DNA of 64,000 nucleotides, taken from contig JAQGDQ010000280.1 of NCBI GenBank assembly GCA_030141605.1, forward strand, positions 119,510-183,509. Direction: 5' to 3'. Every line of letters begins with the position of its first letter. Positions within the stretch are counted from its first letter, which is position 1. The stretch comes from Tubiluchus corallicola (Eukaryota > Animalia > Priapulida). The position numbers and the translations under genes were made by a program. Shown piece by piece: positions 25,262 through 38,558 of the stretch. Below the pieces are notes generated by a model that saw only the letters and a program-made list of their open reading frames with translations, did no database searches and was not told the origin of the DNA.

Positions 25262-25912
25262 CTGAAATAATCATAGGCATCATGGCAGTTTGCCGAATTA
25301 ACTACGAATTTTCAACCAAGCATCAACTTATCGGTGACCGGCATAAAAACTTTTAGCTGACAGCATAGAAGGATTGAATTTATAGAGAGCTTGAAGTATA
25401 TTAGACTGAAGTTAGTGTCGACTGTTCTAGACTGATTCACTCTGGTGGTTGACACAAAGAATATGAAATTGTGTTGAACTGTGAGAGACTATTTCTATTT
25501 ACATATTTCACTATTATTTACAAGAAAGAAGACACGTGGTGACCGTTAAACAGCGAGTTTAAGAAAAAAGCGAGGCTGGCCTTGTCAGAGCTTCCCAAGT
25601 CACATGCATCCACTGAGCTTACCTGATTGGCTAGTAAAACTCACTAGCAATCAACACTACCATATATGGGAAGCCCAGCAGGTACAGATGACTAAGTAGC
25701 ACTGACCAAGGCTGCAACCTGGAGTAAACTTGATTCAGTTCAATAATAAATAATTTTATATGTAGGTGGCAGGACCCATTTAATTATTAGTAGTAGAAAT
25801 TTAAATTAAGAATCATAAGTGAAAATGTGCGACAACCGGAAATAAAGTTACAGGAAAAAAGTCACAATTTTGGCTAGAGTTATAGCTAGGGTTCTTTTTT
25901 CCTCTGCCTTTT

Positions 25913-26005
25913 CTGTGACCTTTTTACCTGTGATTTTTTTACCTGTGACTTTTTTACCTGTGACTTTTTTACCTGTGACCTTTTTACCTGTGACTTTTTT
26001 ACCTG
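25913..26005. repeat. 15-bp tandem repeat with an inverted partner at about 25850
   Basis: (ttttttacctgtgac)n; acaggaaaaaagtcaca upstream. Confidence 0.75.
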
Positions 26006-26102
26006 GATTCAACTTAGCTTCTGCCTAATTTTCGTTTAAGTAAAATCATTGTACAAAAGGGATATTACTATAAAAGCCAAAATTTTTGCAGCTGTTTTTA
26101 AC

Positions 26103-26139
<37 letters not shown>

Positions 26140-26575
26140 CAACAGCTACTGTACTATAATAAAAGAGTTAAGGTGTTAAAACACTCATAAATGAGAATTG
26201 GATGCTATACTTGCTTTGCAAACTCTTCAAAGCTGATACTCTACATATGTACAAGTCACAAAATCAATTGGAAATCTTCATGCTGCAAAGGTTTACCATT
26301 AAGTTGTGTCACTTAATAAGAGAAGTTAACACAATTTGATGTGGGCTGGAGAATTGCGATTTTCTTAACGAACCTGCTACTGGCATAATCAGAATTAGTT
26401 TGTCCACTAATTGGGATGATGATAACTGACAGGCAGAACACAGGTCATTAGAGGATGCTGAGATTTCATTGATTTACCAACTATTAGCCACAGCAGCTAC
26501 ATATGTGTGCTGAAAAAGACCTGGGACATTTGTATGTGGCAAAATTTGCGAGCATTATTTTGTAATAAACGTTTG

Positions 26576-26702
26576 TTAAACGGGAAGGGAATTTTAAAGA
26601 ATATTCCAAACAATTTTCCACATTATATTACTTAGCATTACGCTTACCTAATTGAAAGACTTATGTAATTGGAAAAGAAAATTTTTAATAATTGAAAATA
26701 TT
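26576..26702 (+). mobile_element. TTAA-type element end (family F), inverted homologue of 1-116
   Basis: gggaaggggaattttaaag...ggaaaagaaaatttttaataattgaaaat vs reverse complement of 1-116. Confidence 0.5.
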
Positions 26703-27073
26703 CGTACCAACTAGCAAAATGCCACTGACTCACCAAAAAACGTATTTTTTAATCTTATTTACAGTATAAAGTACTTTATGCTTGTGGTTAGTTAGCGAAG
26801 AGTGTGCTACGAATGCTCCAATTATTCTTCCAAACTTCATGCAATGTCATCCAAACTTGTTTTAAATCATTACCGTCAAAATGGCTGCACCTGACGGTTA
26901 TCGCAAAAGTTTAAATTTTCAAGTTTTATACAGCATTCCAGCTAACGATTGCTCTGTGTGCATTAGTGCAGTATAAAATTTCTGGACCAATTCTTTTTAG
27001 TTATATGTAGGTAAAAGCTATTCTTGTCCTTTCAGATGCATTAATCTCAATCAGATGAGTGAAAGAAGACTAC

Positions 27074-27295
27074 CTTTTTCTTTAATCTATCTCTTTCTTC
27101 TCTCAGACCTCCGAGCACAGCCTTCGTTTTATTCAGATCTGACTCCTGCCTTCCCAATTGCTCTTGGAGGGCAATATTTTCTTGTCTTAATATGGACTTC
27201 TCCTGCTGTATCTGCTGCAACATGGCGGCAGCAAAATTTTCCTGGGTCGGCGTCGGTCGTGACTCGAAGCGCAACGACTCCATCTCACGACAAAC
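27074..27295 (-). CDS. MCC: MCC exon (coiled coil)
   Basis: VCREMESLRFES...LRQENIALQEQLGRQESDLNKTKAVLGGLREERDRLKKK; phase 0/0. Confidence 0.9.
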
Positions 27296-27320
27296 CTGAT
27301 AAGAAGGAAACACGAAAAGT

Positions 27321-27695
27321 CACTACGTAGATCATTCAAAAGTGAAGATAATAATGTTTTTTATATAAACATATGTATTTACTATTTTGTCACTATGTAG
27401 ATTATTCAAAAGCGTTGATAATAACAATAATGTTTTTTATATAAACACATTTATTTACTATGTAGTAACTACATAGATCATTCAAAAGTGTTGACAATAA
27501 CGATAATGTTTTTTATATATAAACATATTTATTTACTATTTTGTCACTACGTAGATCATTCAAAAGCGTTGATAATAACAATAATGTTTTTTTATATAAA
27601 CACATTTATTTACTATGTAGTAACTATATGGAACATTCAAAAGTGGTGATATTAACGATAGACCTAATGATTTTTTTATATAAACATATTTACTT
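27321..27695. repeat. Degenerate ~75-bp tandem repeat, about 5 copies
   Basis: cactacgtagatcattcaaaag...gttttttatataaacatatttatttacta repeated. Confidence 0.8.
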
Positions 27696-28067
27696 AACAA
27701 CAGCTTTAACAGTAAAGCACATATATTGCTTAACTAAAGTTTGCTGTTTTTGTAACTGTTGACATAATCCCATAAAACACACAACTTCTACTACACAAGA
27801 TAAGAAAAACCTAAACAAGATCATTCTGTCTCACAATAGGTGAAAAAGCAAACTAATACAAAATGGTTGTATAGGACTGACATAGGTAAGTTTTAAACAA
27901 AAACAGTAGCTATAAATACATAAATTCTTCTGTGACAAATATCAAGGGGAAAAGAAACAAGAGGTTCACATTTGTTTGTTAGATTTCAACATAAACATCT
28001 GGGTGTTAATAGCGACATCACATTAATTAGAAAATCTGCTAATTAGCAGGTAAAAATGATCACGTAC

Positions 28068-28258
28068 CTGTATTGCTCTTTCTTCTACACTAGAACTGTC
28101 TGCATCTGCACTGTCTGTTTGTATAACGGGTTGGACAGTATCGGGTACAACTTTTTTGTTTGTCGTTGTTGGTACGTTATTTCCCTCTTTTACTGCGCAC
28201 TCTAGGTCAGTGACGACGCGGGATAATTCAGCGGTCAGGTCGTTGTTCTCAAATGCTT
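28068..28258 (-). CDS. MCC: MCC exon (poorly conserved linker)
   Basis: tttcag|(E)AFENNDLTAELSRVVTDLECAVKEG...EERAIQ|gtacg; phase 1/0 joins neighbours in frame. Confidence 0.82.
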
Positions 28259-28357
28259 CTGAAATGACAACATTTACGGTTATCAGTAGCATTAGTGCCT
28301 AGGGTGATGTGATGCGTCTTTCTTATTTGATGTGGGTAGCTTTTAAATATTGTTTGA

Positions 28358-28542
28358 TTGTTGTTGTTGTTGCTGCTGCTGCTGCTGTTATTGTTATTAG
28401 TGTTGTTGTTGTTGCTACTATTGGTCATAGTCGGTTGTTGTTGTTGTTGTTGCTGCTGCTGCTGTTGTTGTTGTTGTTGCTATTTGTCGTAGCTGGTTGT
28501 TGTTGTTGTTGCTGCTGCTGCTTTGTTGTTGTTGCTGCTGTT
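28358..28542. repeat. (GTT/GCT)n microsatellite
   Basis: Direct observation. Confidence 0.9.
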
Positions 28543-29069
28543 AATATTTTCTGCATTAGCATATGTGTAGTAATTTATTTTTGTAATAAATTATATGGCA
28601 ATATTAATGCTGAAATAAAAGGTGAATTGAATTGAAATTGATGAAGATTTTCTAGCTAGTAATTGTTTTATTATCCAGTACAGTTATTGTTTGGAGTGTA
28701 CTTAAACTGTAGTAAATTTTGCACAAGTAACAGTGTCAAATGGCTATACGGCAAGTCCTCTAACATCGAGATTTTTAATATCGACTTAATCAGTAGATAA
28801 AACGTTTAATTTATATAATTTAAGCAGCATTGATTTTTGCTTCTGGAACGTATCTCATTTGTTTTACAATACTTTCTATGGAAGTCTTGGTTTCGTTTAA
28901 TGGCGTTTCGCTTAATGTCGTATTTTTCTGGAACACTTTAGCGTCGTTAAGTGAGGACTTACTATATGTGTTGGACAAATCGTGGGATAGATCCACACAA
29001 AACACGGACTGCTTCTTTTTGTAGAACCCCAGTCATTTCGTTTAATTGGGTGAATCAGTTTCAACTTAC

Positions 29070-29170
29070 CTTCAGCATGAACAGAGTGGTTAGCATTGTT
29101 GTCGTTGCTAGGCAACGTATCACCATTACTATGGTTGCTTTCACGACTTTCTGAATATTCGTCCTCTTCC
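29070..29170 (-). CDS. MCC: MCC exon
   Basis: tttttag|(R)EEDEYSESRESNHSNGDTLPSNDNNANHSVHAE|gtaag; REEDEYSE matches MCC. Confidence 0.88.
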
Positions 29171-30232
29171 CTAAAAATAACAAACGAACATGTAAGTTGG
29201 ATATGGCTCCCGAAAAGGCTCATGTTGATTTATCATCTCAGCAAAAAAGAGAAGTTACAAGAGTATCACTGGCTAAGAAATACTGTTTATTTCAATTTCA
29301 TTTTATTGTCTAGCAGGTATGAATGGTAAATTTAATTTAAATTTGTTCAGTAATTAAAAAACACGATGCGAAGGTAGATCAAAATGTTTTTGGCCTGATT
29401 CAGACGATGTCGACATAAAGGCCTGTTTTATGCTCAAGATTGGCTTCATTTCATTTTGGCAGCTTCAGCTAGCATCAATATGGTAAGTGAAGCAGTCCAG
29501 AGCAAGTATTGAAGATGGTCACCCACACATTTACTGAGTAGCTTCAATGTTGCTTTAATTTGGTCACTTTTATGCATGTAACTACTCGGCTAATCGTCAT
29601 CGAAGTTTTCTTGATGGTACAAATGCAAGCGGATGGATCTGTTTTCCTCTAAGAAGCCATAACAGTACTATTAACAAACCCTCATCTACAACAAATCTTT
29701 GTCCTGTTACGCGTTTATTTGGGTTTTGAAAACAATTATCAGCCCTCGTGTTGGATAAAGTCATGTCAGCTGAATAGAGGGAGCCACCAACATCAGTCAG
29801 TAGCACTAAGAGGAGGATTCAGTTGAAGAAGGAGCACTCCTATTGCAGAGTTCCTTTTGCTGGGTCACAAACTTTCGTTAGAGTTAATTGAGATTACATC
29901 GGGTGGCACAGATGAACAAAAATTAGGTATTCAGTTCAACTGGCATTCTTCAATCAGTCTCGACCTGGGGTGGGGTCGAGAACTTTTAGAAGCCCTCCCA
30001 GAAACAATTATTGTTCCCGTTTCTCACAGATTTTTGACCAACGCTTTCATAAAAGACCCACTACATAATGAATTTTATTAAGAACTGTTACATTCTGTTA
30101 GAAAGAATATAAAACTTTCTCTACGTTTTGACTATAAGATGGTATTCTTGAGAGTTGTTTTACAATTTCAGTGAAAGTAAATTATTAATTTGTGACAATC
30201 TGGCTCAGTAAACGTCTTGTGAATAACATTAC

Positions 30233-30375
30233 CTGATAATGTTGTTTGACTGTCTTAGTATTTTCTTCTTTAATTCTCCAATGACACCATGCAGTTCCAC
30301 AAGACGCTCCTCATATCTAACAGTCTGCTTCTCAAGTCTCGTCTCTGTTTCACGTATCAAGCGAAGTTTTTCCAA
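30233..30375 (-). CDS. MCC: MCC exon
   Basis: LEKLRLIRETETRLEKQTVRYEERLVELHGVIGELKKKILRQSNNII. Confidence 0.9.
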
Positions 30376-30863
30376 CTAGAATAGAACACCAGCCAATTAA
30401 CTAATTTGAAACCATTTGATGTTAACACAAACCTACACACACTCATGCAACTGGGGGATACATTTAGAAAAACAGGAATTAGATTATATGATATTAGATT
30501 AGACTGGCTATTCAATTTCTGTCCACTGAAGAAAGGAACACAAAACTAAAGAAGAGTTGCAGAAGAATGAGAATGCAAGCTTTACACAACATTTTCCATG
30601 TAAAGTCTCTTCTCTCGCTCTCTCTCTCTCCCTCCTCTCTCTCTCCCTCTGTCACTTTCTTTCTCCCTTCCTACTCTCTCTCTTTCTCACTTGTAATGTA
30701 AAAGTTAGCAAACTGAAACACCATTAGTAGAGTATGTATGTACAAAATTCTCATTATGTATAATATTGTTATCGTAAATAGCTATATTTTGTAAACGAAC
30801 CCCTGCAAATAGAGGGGAAACAATGTATTTATTGCTTAATAAAAAGACTTATAATAATGATAA

Positions 30864-30867
30864 TCTC

Positions 30868-30909
<42 letters not shown>

Positions 30910-30991
30910 CCTCCCTCCTCTCTCTCTCTTTCTCTCTCTCACTCTCTCTCTCACTCACTCTCTGTCTCTCTCTCTTCTACCCCCTCTCTCT
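30864..30991. repeat. (CT)n microsatellite (also 30607-30690)
   Basis: Direct observation. Confidence 0.9.
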
Positions 30992-32322
30992 ACCATTTAT
31001 CATCTTTCAACACCCATTAAAACTTCATCTCTACCAATTAAAAACCTCTCAATTATATACCGGCTTACTTTGTTCAAATGTGCATTCTCTGTACTAACAA
31101 TCAATGTATTCGCGCTGTCATTCAGGAAAGTGTCAAGGCATAAACTAGACAAGACTAATGATGTACCTGTCAGAACTTCTTTCACTCTAAGTACTCTTAA
31201 TTACTGAAAAGCTTTCCAGTTCATTAATACATGTCTGCTTTTACCAAGGTAATTATGCAATCCTTATGTAATCCGCAGTCAGGAAAATTTAAAATGTGAA
31301 TCGGTAATCTTAGATTGCCCGTGGGGAATGTCTAATGTGTGTACTCAGCAAATATACTATGATCCGTAAAGTGAAGATGTTATCTGCGATGGCGCATAAT
31401 AAAAATATTTTTATTTGTTATTAGTGCTAGAAACATTGCAACAAATCTCAATATTAGATAATTCCATGTTATCAATAGAAAGAGTGTACTTAGTCTTTGT
31501 AATAGAGTTACTATTAGTGAGAATGATATTTGTAAGCATTTAAGTGAATATGATGTGTTTTTTACTTCCTTCCCTTAGAAAGAAATAGATAGAAGTTCTT
31601 TATTGTTTTCGTTAATGCCTTGCCGATGTGGTTTATTCATTCATTTACTTTGTGTGCCACTAACTAAGTCAGAATTGTAAATATTTATAACTGATGTATG
31701 TAACTTTTGTCCTGAATGTACTTTTGTAAATATGAACCCAGAGTTTGCAATAAAGACTTAAATTGAACCAAAACCACGTAAAGGAAGGAACTGTGTGCGA
31801 TTTTCAAGTTTGGACATGTTAATTTTAACACTAAAATGATAAAAATTTGAAATGCGCTTAGTTAAATGTTAACAAAGACCAGTTACAGATTTTTTGCCAA
31901 AAGACGTATTTAGTAGCTATAAAGTTGTTAAACGATTTCCTTTTTAGAAAGGTTGAAATTCAAGTTTTTGTGGTTAAGAAAAGAAACAATGTCAACGTAC
32001 GCAAGTATATATATATTTATTTATTAGTGACAAAAATACATACAAGACATACATACAATGTCAGTTTTGAAATATACAAGAAAACAAGACATATATACAA
32101 TTTCAATTATGAAATATTATGACACTATAATTATACAAACAAAACAATTAGTAATGAAACAAATATTGTTAAATCTTCCTGTTAGTTATATTAGTTATTT
32201 AATGAAAAGTTTAATGATTTGTGTTTAAAATAAATTGTCATTCGTTAGGCCTCATTTTCAATATCTTATATGATCATAACATATACATATAATATAACTT
32301 CACAACGTGTGAAAACTCGAGT

Positions 32323-32394
32323 GTCTCTATAGCGTAGTGGTTATCGATGCTGCCTGGATAGCAGAAGTCCTGGGTTCGAGTGCCAGTGGAGATG
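32323..32394 (+). pseudogene. tRNA-Val-like pseudogene or SINE head
   Basis: GTCTCTATAGCGTAGTGGTTATC...GCAGAAGTCCTGGGTTCGAGTGCCAGTGGAGATG. A and B boxes and 7-bp acceptor stem are present; D and anticodon arms are degenerate; resembles metazoan tRNA-Val(TAC). Confidence 0.6.
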
Positions 32395-33369
32395 CAGAAA
32401 GTTTAATTTTTAAGTTATCGATCGAATTCCTGTCATTTGGAAGTCAGCAGTTTGTGGTAAATACTTAAAAATCGTGAAGTAGATTAGCAACTATTGTAAA
32501 CAAGTTTCTTTCCGATTTCCAAAGAGAAAACAGCTTTACACGAACATACGTGATTCATCTCTGAAGCCATTGAAAGCTTCCTGCTGTGATGTTATCATCA
32601 GCTTCCTAATTAAGACGTATCGTGCCAAATTTAAATGCAAAATGTAATTTTAAATGAGGCATGGGACTAATTACCGATGCGCAAGTAATGCACAAGAATA
32701 TTCTATTAAATATTTATAAGATTAGGATTCAGTGTTAATCAAACGGAGCTTACACATCAGATTTTCCAAACCTGGGCTTGTAATTACGCATGCGCAGATG
32801 AAAAGTGGAAGAATAAGAAATTACATTAAATAAAGTCCACTATAAAGTGCAGGATAGCAAATGCAAAACAGGGTTAAAACTAAATAGTTTTGCTAGTAGC
32901 AGCAATTATTGAAGTGCCTCTTAGTAGGCTAACTGGCATTTTTAACTGCAAACAGAACTACTAAAAGACACTTTTTTCTGCTCTTGTTTCTCTACGTTCT
33001 TTTTTCGGGAAGTAAATATATTCTCGAACTTACTCAACATTTTTAATTTCTAGTTTGGTATCTGCTTCCCCCACAAAAGACTAGGACTGGTGGCGTTCTG
33101 CACGTGCTGGTTAAGCACTGCTGGGCTGATTAAACACGTGCTGCCACGGCGACAAGGGCGCCCTCAAATTCAGATAGGAATTTTGTCCTTTTGCACTTGT
33201 CCCATTTTGAAACAACTGGAACCACTGATTGTCGTTACAATTGGCATCAAGATATCACGTTGAGATGCTTATCGCTAAAATAATGTTGATTTGGCAAAAC
33301 TTGCGCGAATGACAGACTTAACACATATTTTAGACTAGAAGATTTGCACCCATGTAAGGCAAAACTTAA

Positions 33370-33909
33370 AAGAAAGGTCAAGCCTTCTAGGAAGCTACGC
33401 TTATTTCAGTGTTTGCGAAAAATGTTAGAAAGATTTAGCAATAAAAGTGTGACAAACACCTCGTGGAATTAGTAAAATCACTTTATAATCGCAATCATTT
33501 CGTGCATGAGCGCTCCTATGCTTCCACCAATGACGTCATTCATCGGCTACAGAAAAGCAGCGCATTGTCAATTTCTCTCAAAAGTATTGCAAAAACATTG
33601 GGTAGCACATTTCGTGAGATTTTGCGCGAACATTACGAAACTACAGAAGTTTGAATTAGCAGTGCGCGTTTAGGTAACCGCTCGGAGAAAACCAGGACGC
33701 GCTTACGAAAAGTCACGAATCCACCAGTTACGTCATATTTTCAAGTGAATGGCGGCTACCACTGCGCCTGAAAATTTCTATACAGCAGTAGTCCACATTA
33801 ACTTTATGTTTTACAGACAGTTTTTTTGCAAATTTCTTTCCTATATTCTTCTAAGTTTGAGTGACAACCGTAAAATAAACCCAAGAGTCTAAAAAACTTG
33901 CCGTTTCCT
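33370..33909 (+). mobile_element. TTAA-flanked MITE family E (other copies about 24180-24565 and a fragment at 6127-6230)
   Basis: TTAA|AAGAAAGGTCAAG...CTTGCCGTTTCCT|TTAA; ccaatgacgtcattc...gaaaagcagcgca and gacaac.gtaaaataaaccc shared with 24.2-24.5 kb. Confidence 0.65.
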
Positions 33910-34589
33910 TTAAATATGAGACATTCTGCCTTTCAGCAGCATATTCCTGTTAACCTAACTTAAATCTGCAGGCGTCCGTGCTTTTACTGCAGATTTAGAA
34001 ATACTCGTTTCAATCTAAAATGGTTATTTTAGCAAACACCATCTGACATGCGCACAGGGAGTAAGCTGATTATCGAGAAATCACCAACATCCCTGCTCTC
34101 AATGCAAATGGGCGTTAACTTTAATCCAAAGCGTAATTTTTCCGCATAATAAAGTCATTAAGCTCTCGCCTGCACTGGGGCAAATACACATTTATCAGGG
34201 GGCGAGTTCAATAAAAAAAATCTAGCCGACGTTTTCCTATTTTATGCACCGTGTAGCATTTACATATTATTCACATTAAGCATTAGTGCGTGATTGTTAT
34301 CGAGGGATGTGATTAGAGCTCCGTGCAGCGCCGGGTTTAACGAAATTGTGCAACTTGGCGTGATTGTGCTGCCACGTATCGGCTAGAATTGACAAGGAAC
34401 AACCAGGCTTTGAAACTTAAACGGGCTCGCATTTTAAGAAATTCAAAAGACGAGGGAGCAAGGATACGTCTGGCGGATACGCGACCCGAAAAAAAAAAAC
34501 AAAAGCCACAAGACTGATAAACACAGCCAGGATTCAAGATATTTGTGCCACAGCTCAGAAAGTGTTCGAAAAGGTAGTCACTTTTTCTC

Positions 34590-34655
34590 GTCCATCCGTC
34601 CTTCCATCCATCCGTCCGTCCGTCCGTCCGTCCATCCATCCATCCATCCATCCAT

Positions 34656-34689
<34 letters not shown>

Positions 34690-34740
34690 GTCCATCCGTC
34701 CATCCATCCATCCGTTCGTCCATCCATCCATCTTTCCATC
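34590..34740. repeat. (CCAT/CCGT)n microsatellite
   Basis: Direct observation. Confidence 0.9.
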
Positions 34741-35441
34741 TTTTCATTTTGCATTTTCTCTTAGTTGTAGCTCAGTCGCTCTAGATATACCTAGGCAAAA
34801 AGGTCACAGACGAAAACCTGTATACAGTGACCTTTGACCCGTCACCTACGTATGGCTCAAATATCACAATTCCTGTTTGGTAAGTGACAATGCTGGTCAT
34901 AATACAGTACATTGCATTCTTCAAACGTGGTCTACACGTACTAAAAAGTGTAAAAAACACAAATCCCAAAAATGTCATAGAGCAATAATACCTGCCAGCA
35001 ACAATTGCTCTTTTACTGCTTGTGCAGTGAAAGATTTTAATGCAGTTCAGCAACTTGGATGCAACATTTAGCAACAGGGCGTAAGGGAGGTTTTGGCAGG
35101 ACCGGAATCTAGCCATTTATAGAATAAGCTACTTAAAGGATAAATGTCAGAGAAGTTTAATCAGCAGACATGTTTTAATGACATATGCAAGCTTCTATAA
35201 TATGTGCTGTCGCAAACAAGTAAATGCACGGAGATGCTAGAAAGAGGTGATCCCCATCCACTTGCTGACCAGGCCCAACACTGCTTAACATTGGTTGTCA
35301 GGTTCACATCAATTTTGTTCACACCAAACATCTTCTATTTCATTGCCAAAAAATGAGGAGAGTAACAGAGAGTCGAAGAGCATGGTTGAAATGAGACCAA
35401 AAGTCACTAAGTAAATTCATTGTATGCTAAAACAGACGACC

Positions 35442-35494
<53 letters not shown>
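35442..35494. repeat. (CAGA)n microsatellite
   Basis: Direct observation. Confidence 0.9.
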
Positions 35495-35496
<2 letters not shown>

Positions 35497-35555
35497 CAGA
35501 AAGAGATAGATATAGACATACATACAAACAAACAAAGTCTAAGGATACGCATTAC

Positions 35556-35669
35556 CTGAGCTTTGTTGAGCTGCTTTTCTAAGATATCCCTCTCTGCTGT
35601 CACATGTTGAAGCTGATTGGTCAGGTCTATTATCTCACCTTTCAGCGATGCTAGCGCCGCCAAGTGTAG
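35556..35669 (-). CDS. MCC: MCC 5'-most recognisable exon (phase-0 acceptor; start exon not identified)
   Basis: ttgcag|LHLAALASLKGEIIDLTNQLQHVTAERDILEKQLNKAQ|gtaat; the 14 exons sum to 2358 nt, in frame. Confidence 0.92.
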
Positions 35670-35796
35670 CTGCAACGAAATAAAGACGTTTTTTAGTTTT
35701 TCTATTATTGCGTTTCAAATTTTCAACTTTCACAGTTCTACAGTAACATTTCGACTCTCCAACCCTCAGTCAAATTTACCCTCTTGTAGTCACTTC

Positions 35797-35840
35797 TGAC
35801 GTCATCGCGCCATCTTTACTATTGGCTCATGTCCACGTGG
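35797..35840 (-). promoter_or_regulatory. Candidate intronic promoter/enhancer motif cluster
   Basis: Within 44 bp: E-box CCACGTGG, CCAAT, YY1-like AAGATGGCG and CRE TGACGTCA, about 130 bp upstream of the MCC exon at 35669. Confidence 0.35.
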
Positions 35841-36948
35841 TTTCAAACCATCCAGTCCCGTTTGCATTTCAAAATTAAAAATTACATGAAATGACGCGTG
35901 CATGCTTGCGAATCAAAGAGACCTGTTTTCATTTCATTTTCTTCATGCAACATGCCGTGTATTAATGTCCTGCTTATAACACCAGCTGTGCAAATGTTAT
36001 TATTTAATTGAGGGAAAACAACAATTTCTCCCCAAACAATGAGGTTAAAATCCGCCTGTCTGGGCTGTCAACCTCCCCCCCTCCCCACCAGCCCTGGAGA
36101 CCAAGCTAGTTCACGTGATGTAGTAATCCCAACTCGAGCAAAAATTCATCAATTGATTAAAATCGTCCATTTGTTGGCGAACTGGAGTCAACTCACCGAA
36201 ACGAATCGAGGACCAGATTGAATTGTTTGCATTAAAACTGATTAGAGTTAAACAAGCGGTTCGATTAAAATGATTGCTGGGTGTAGAGTAAAATGAGCGC
36301 AGAGTCATTAATTTGGACAAAAATAACCTCCTCGCAAGAGGACACCACAAAATGAACCGAAAAATTTGGTTAGAGGAGGGGAAAATTGTTGGATCGTGAA
36401 AGTGAGCTAGAGGGCGCACCTTCATTTCCTACAAAGCTGCTTCAAATAGTAGGCCCAGGTCCACAAATTATTCCATACAAAAGTAGGACTGAAACAGCAA
36501 GCCTAGGCCTACAAATCGTCCACTATTTTTACGTAAAGCACATTCACGGCGAGGCACAATGCTACATTTACGATAGTGCAGTAAAAATTTCTCTTATCAG
36601 ACAAAAAATCTACGGTCATTTGAACACAGGATTCGTAGACCGTAGAAATACGCTACACGCAGTTTACGCTAGCCCTGTTTACAATAGGTAGAAAAACTAT
36701 ACGTCGAGTGTATTTTTTAAATTGGGATGTGATGCAAACAATCACATAGCCAGACAGACCACTACGGACAGACTGGACACTGGGCATTTTCCACGACTAT
36801 CTGTTTTTGCGGTCACAGAATATGTACGCACGGCTGGATTAATTCTGCTCATTGTGTTCTGCTAGCACAGTACAACTCTGACCAAGCATTTTTCATTGCT
36901 CGTGGAGAACACAACTGTGTGTTTTTAATGAGGAAGAAGAAAATAATC

Positions 36949-37085
36949 AGCGAGCGAGCGAGCGAGCGAGTGAGTGAGCTAGCAAGCTAGTAAGTAAGTA
37001 AGTAAGTGAGTGAGTGGGTGAGTGAGTGTGTGAGTGGGTGAGTGAGTAAGTAAGCAAGCGACCAAACAAGCAAGTACGTTTAAGC

Positions 37086-37184
<99 letters not shown>

Positions 37185-37312
37185 GTAAGTAAGCAAGTAA
37201 GCAAGCAAGCAAGCAAGTAAGTAAGTAAGTAAGTAAATAAGTAAGTAAGCAAGTAAGCAAGTAAGCAAACAAGCAAGTAAGTAAATAAGTAAGTAAGTAA
37301 GTAAGCAAGTAA
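36949..37312. repeat. (AAGT/AAGC/GAGT)n compound microsatellite
   Basis: Direct observation. Confidence 0.95.
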
Positions 37313-37728
37313 CAGTACCAATACACGAGCCGCCACAAGAGGAAAATAAGTTCCCACGTATCTAAATGAAGTGTAAACAGAGGCACAAGTGGACAAAGTC
37401 ATTAAACGTGTGAAAAGGATTAAGAGAATCCAGGACGGGTCCCGTACTTTCTCCGTAATCTACTGTAAATAGAGCTGTTTGAGATGCACTAGTGAGAAGC
37501 CAAGTTATTAATGGTTGACAAGATTAAGACAATTAAATAAAGTCTGTACTGGCGCCTGAGAAACAATAACTGGGCTTCTCTCATTATGTTGAACTAACTG
37601 ATTAATCTTCAATGCAAAGTTGACTGGCGTCAGAATATTGACCATAAAGCGAGAAATTTAATCAAACTTTCAAAATTTTCATAACTGTCGATTTGGCTTC
37701 CAGTAATTATCGCAGACGTAAACGTTAA

Positions 37729-37855
37729 AGGAAGGCAGGGTGATTTTTCATATCCTATCCCATCTTCAAGTCCGATAAAAAGTGTACATTTTAACACAAT
37801 TAATACAGCAAAAGCACTTCTGATAATTAAATAATAAATTAAAAACTTTAACTAA
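37729..37855 (-). mobile_element. MITE family B terminal fragment
   Basis: TTAA|AGGAAGGCAGGGTGATTTTTCATATCC matches the start of the 45569 copy. Confidence 0.6.
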
Positions 37856-38121
37856 ATTAACAATAATTTAGTAGCAGAATAATACAGCCTATGTCAAAAC
37901 ATGGGAATTCTTATATATAGTGAAGTTAAACCATTTGAGATTTTTTACAATTTTGAAAGATCTTTGTGATTGTTTTTATTAATTGTAATCTAATAATTGT
38001 GTGCGTAATATACTGACACCGCGTTCTACATTGTTTCTTACCTCTAGTTTCAGGTGGAATGGATTGGAATGAAAGCATGGCTTAAAATGCCTTAAATTAG
38101 AGCAAACTTTTCATTTCAACT

Positions 38122-38558
38122 GTAACGTTGGGCATTTAAAATTCAACGAACACTAATCCACTCTATAAATTTATATACGAAAATGCATCGGATTTTCAAC
38201 TGACTAAAAAGCAAGTGAATACATGTAAAATTGAAAGGCTATTTCGAATTAAGATCACAGTTACAATTCATATATAAAATTGTAAGGTTATTTCGAATTA
38301 ACATCACAGTTACAATTCAAATGTAAGGTTTTTTCGAATTAATATCACAATTACAATTCAATTGTTATGTTATTTCGAATTAATATCACAGTCACAATTC
38401 AAAATTCAAAACGTAACTGTGATATTAACTCATAATAAGCTTACAATTTTACATGTCTGTATTCAGTTGCTTTTTTATCAGTTAAAAATCCGATACATTT
38501 TTGCACATAAATTTATAGAGTGGATGAATGTTCATTGAATTTTAAATGCCTACATTAC
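38122..38558. mobile_element. Foldback element with about 140-bp inverted arms and internal ~40-bp tandem units
   Basis: ggcatttaaaattcaacgaaca..ccactctataaattt vs aaatttatagagtgg..gttcattgaattttaaatgcc; centre (tttcgaattaatatcacagttacaattc)n. Confidence 0.7.

Noticed and set aside
31280-31765. Possible degenerate LINE 3' end
   Set aside because: Only a tail-like ending; no translatable motif could be confirmed by eye
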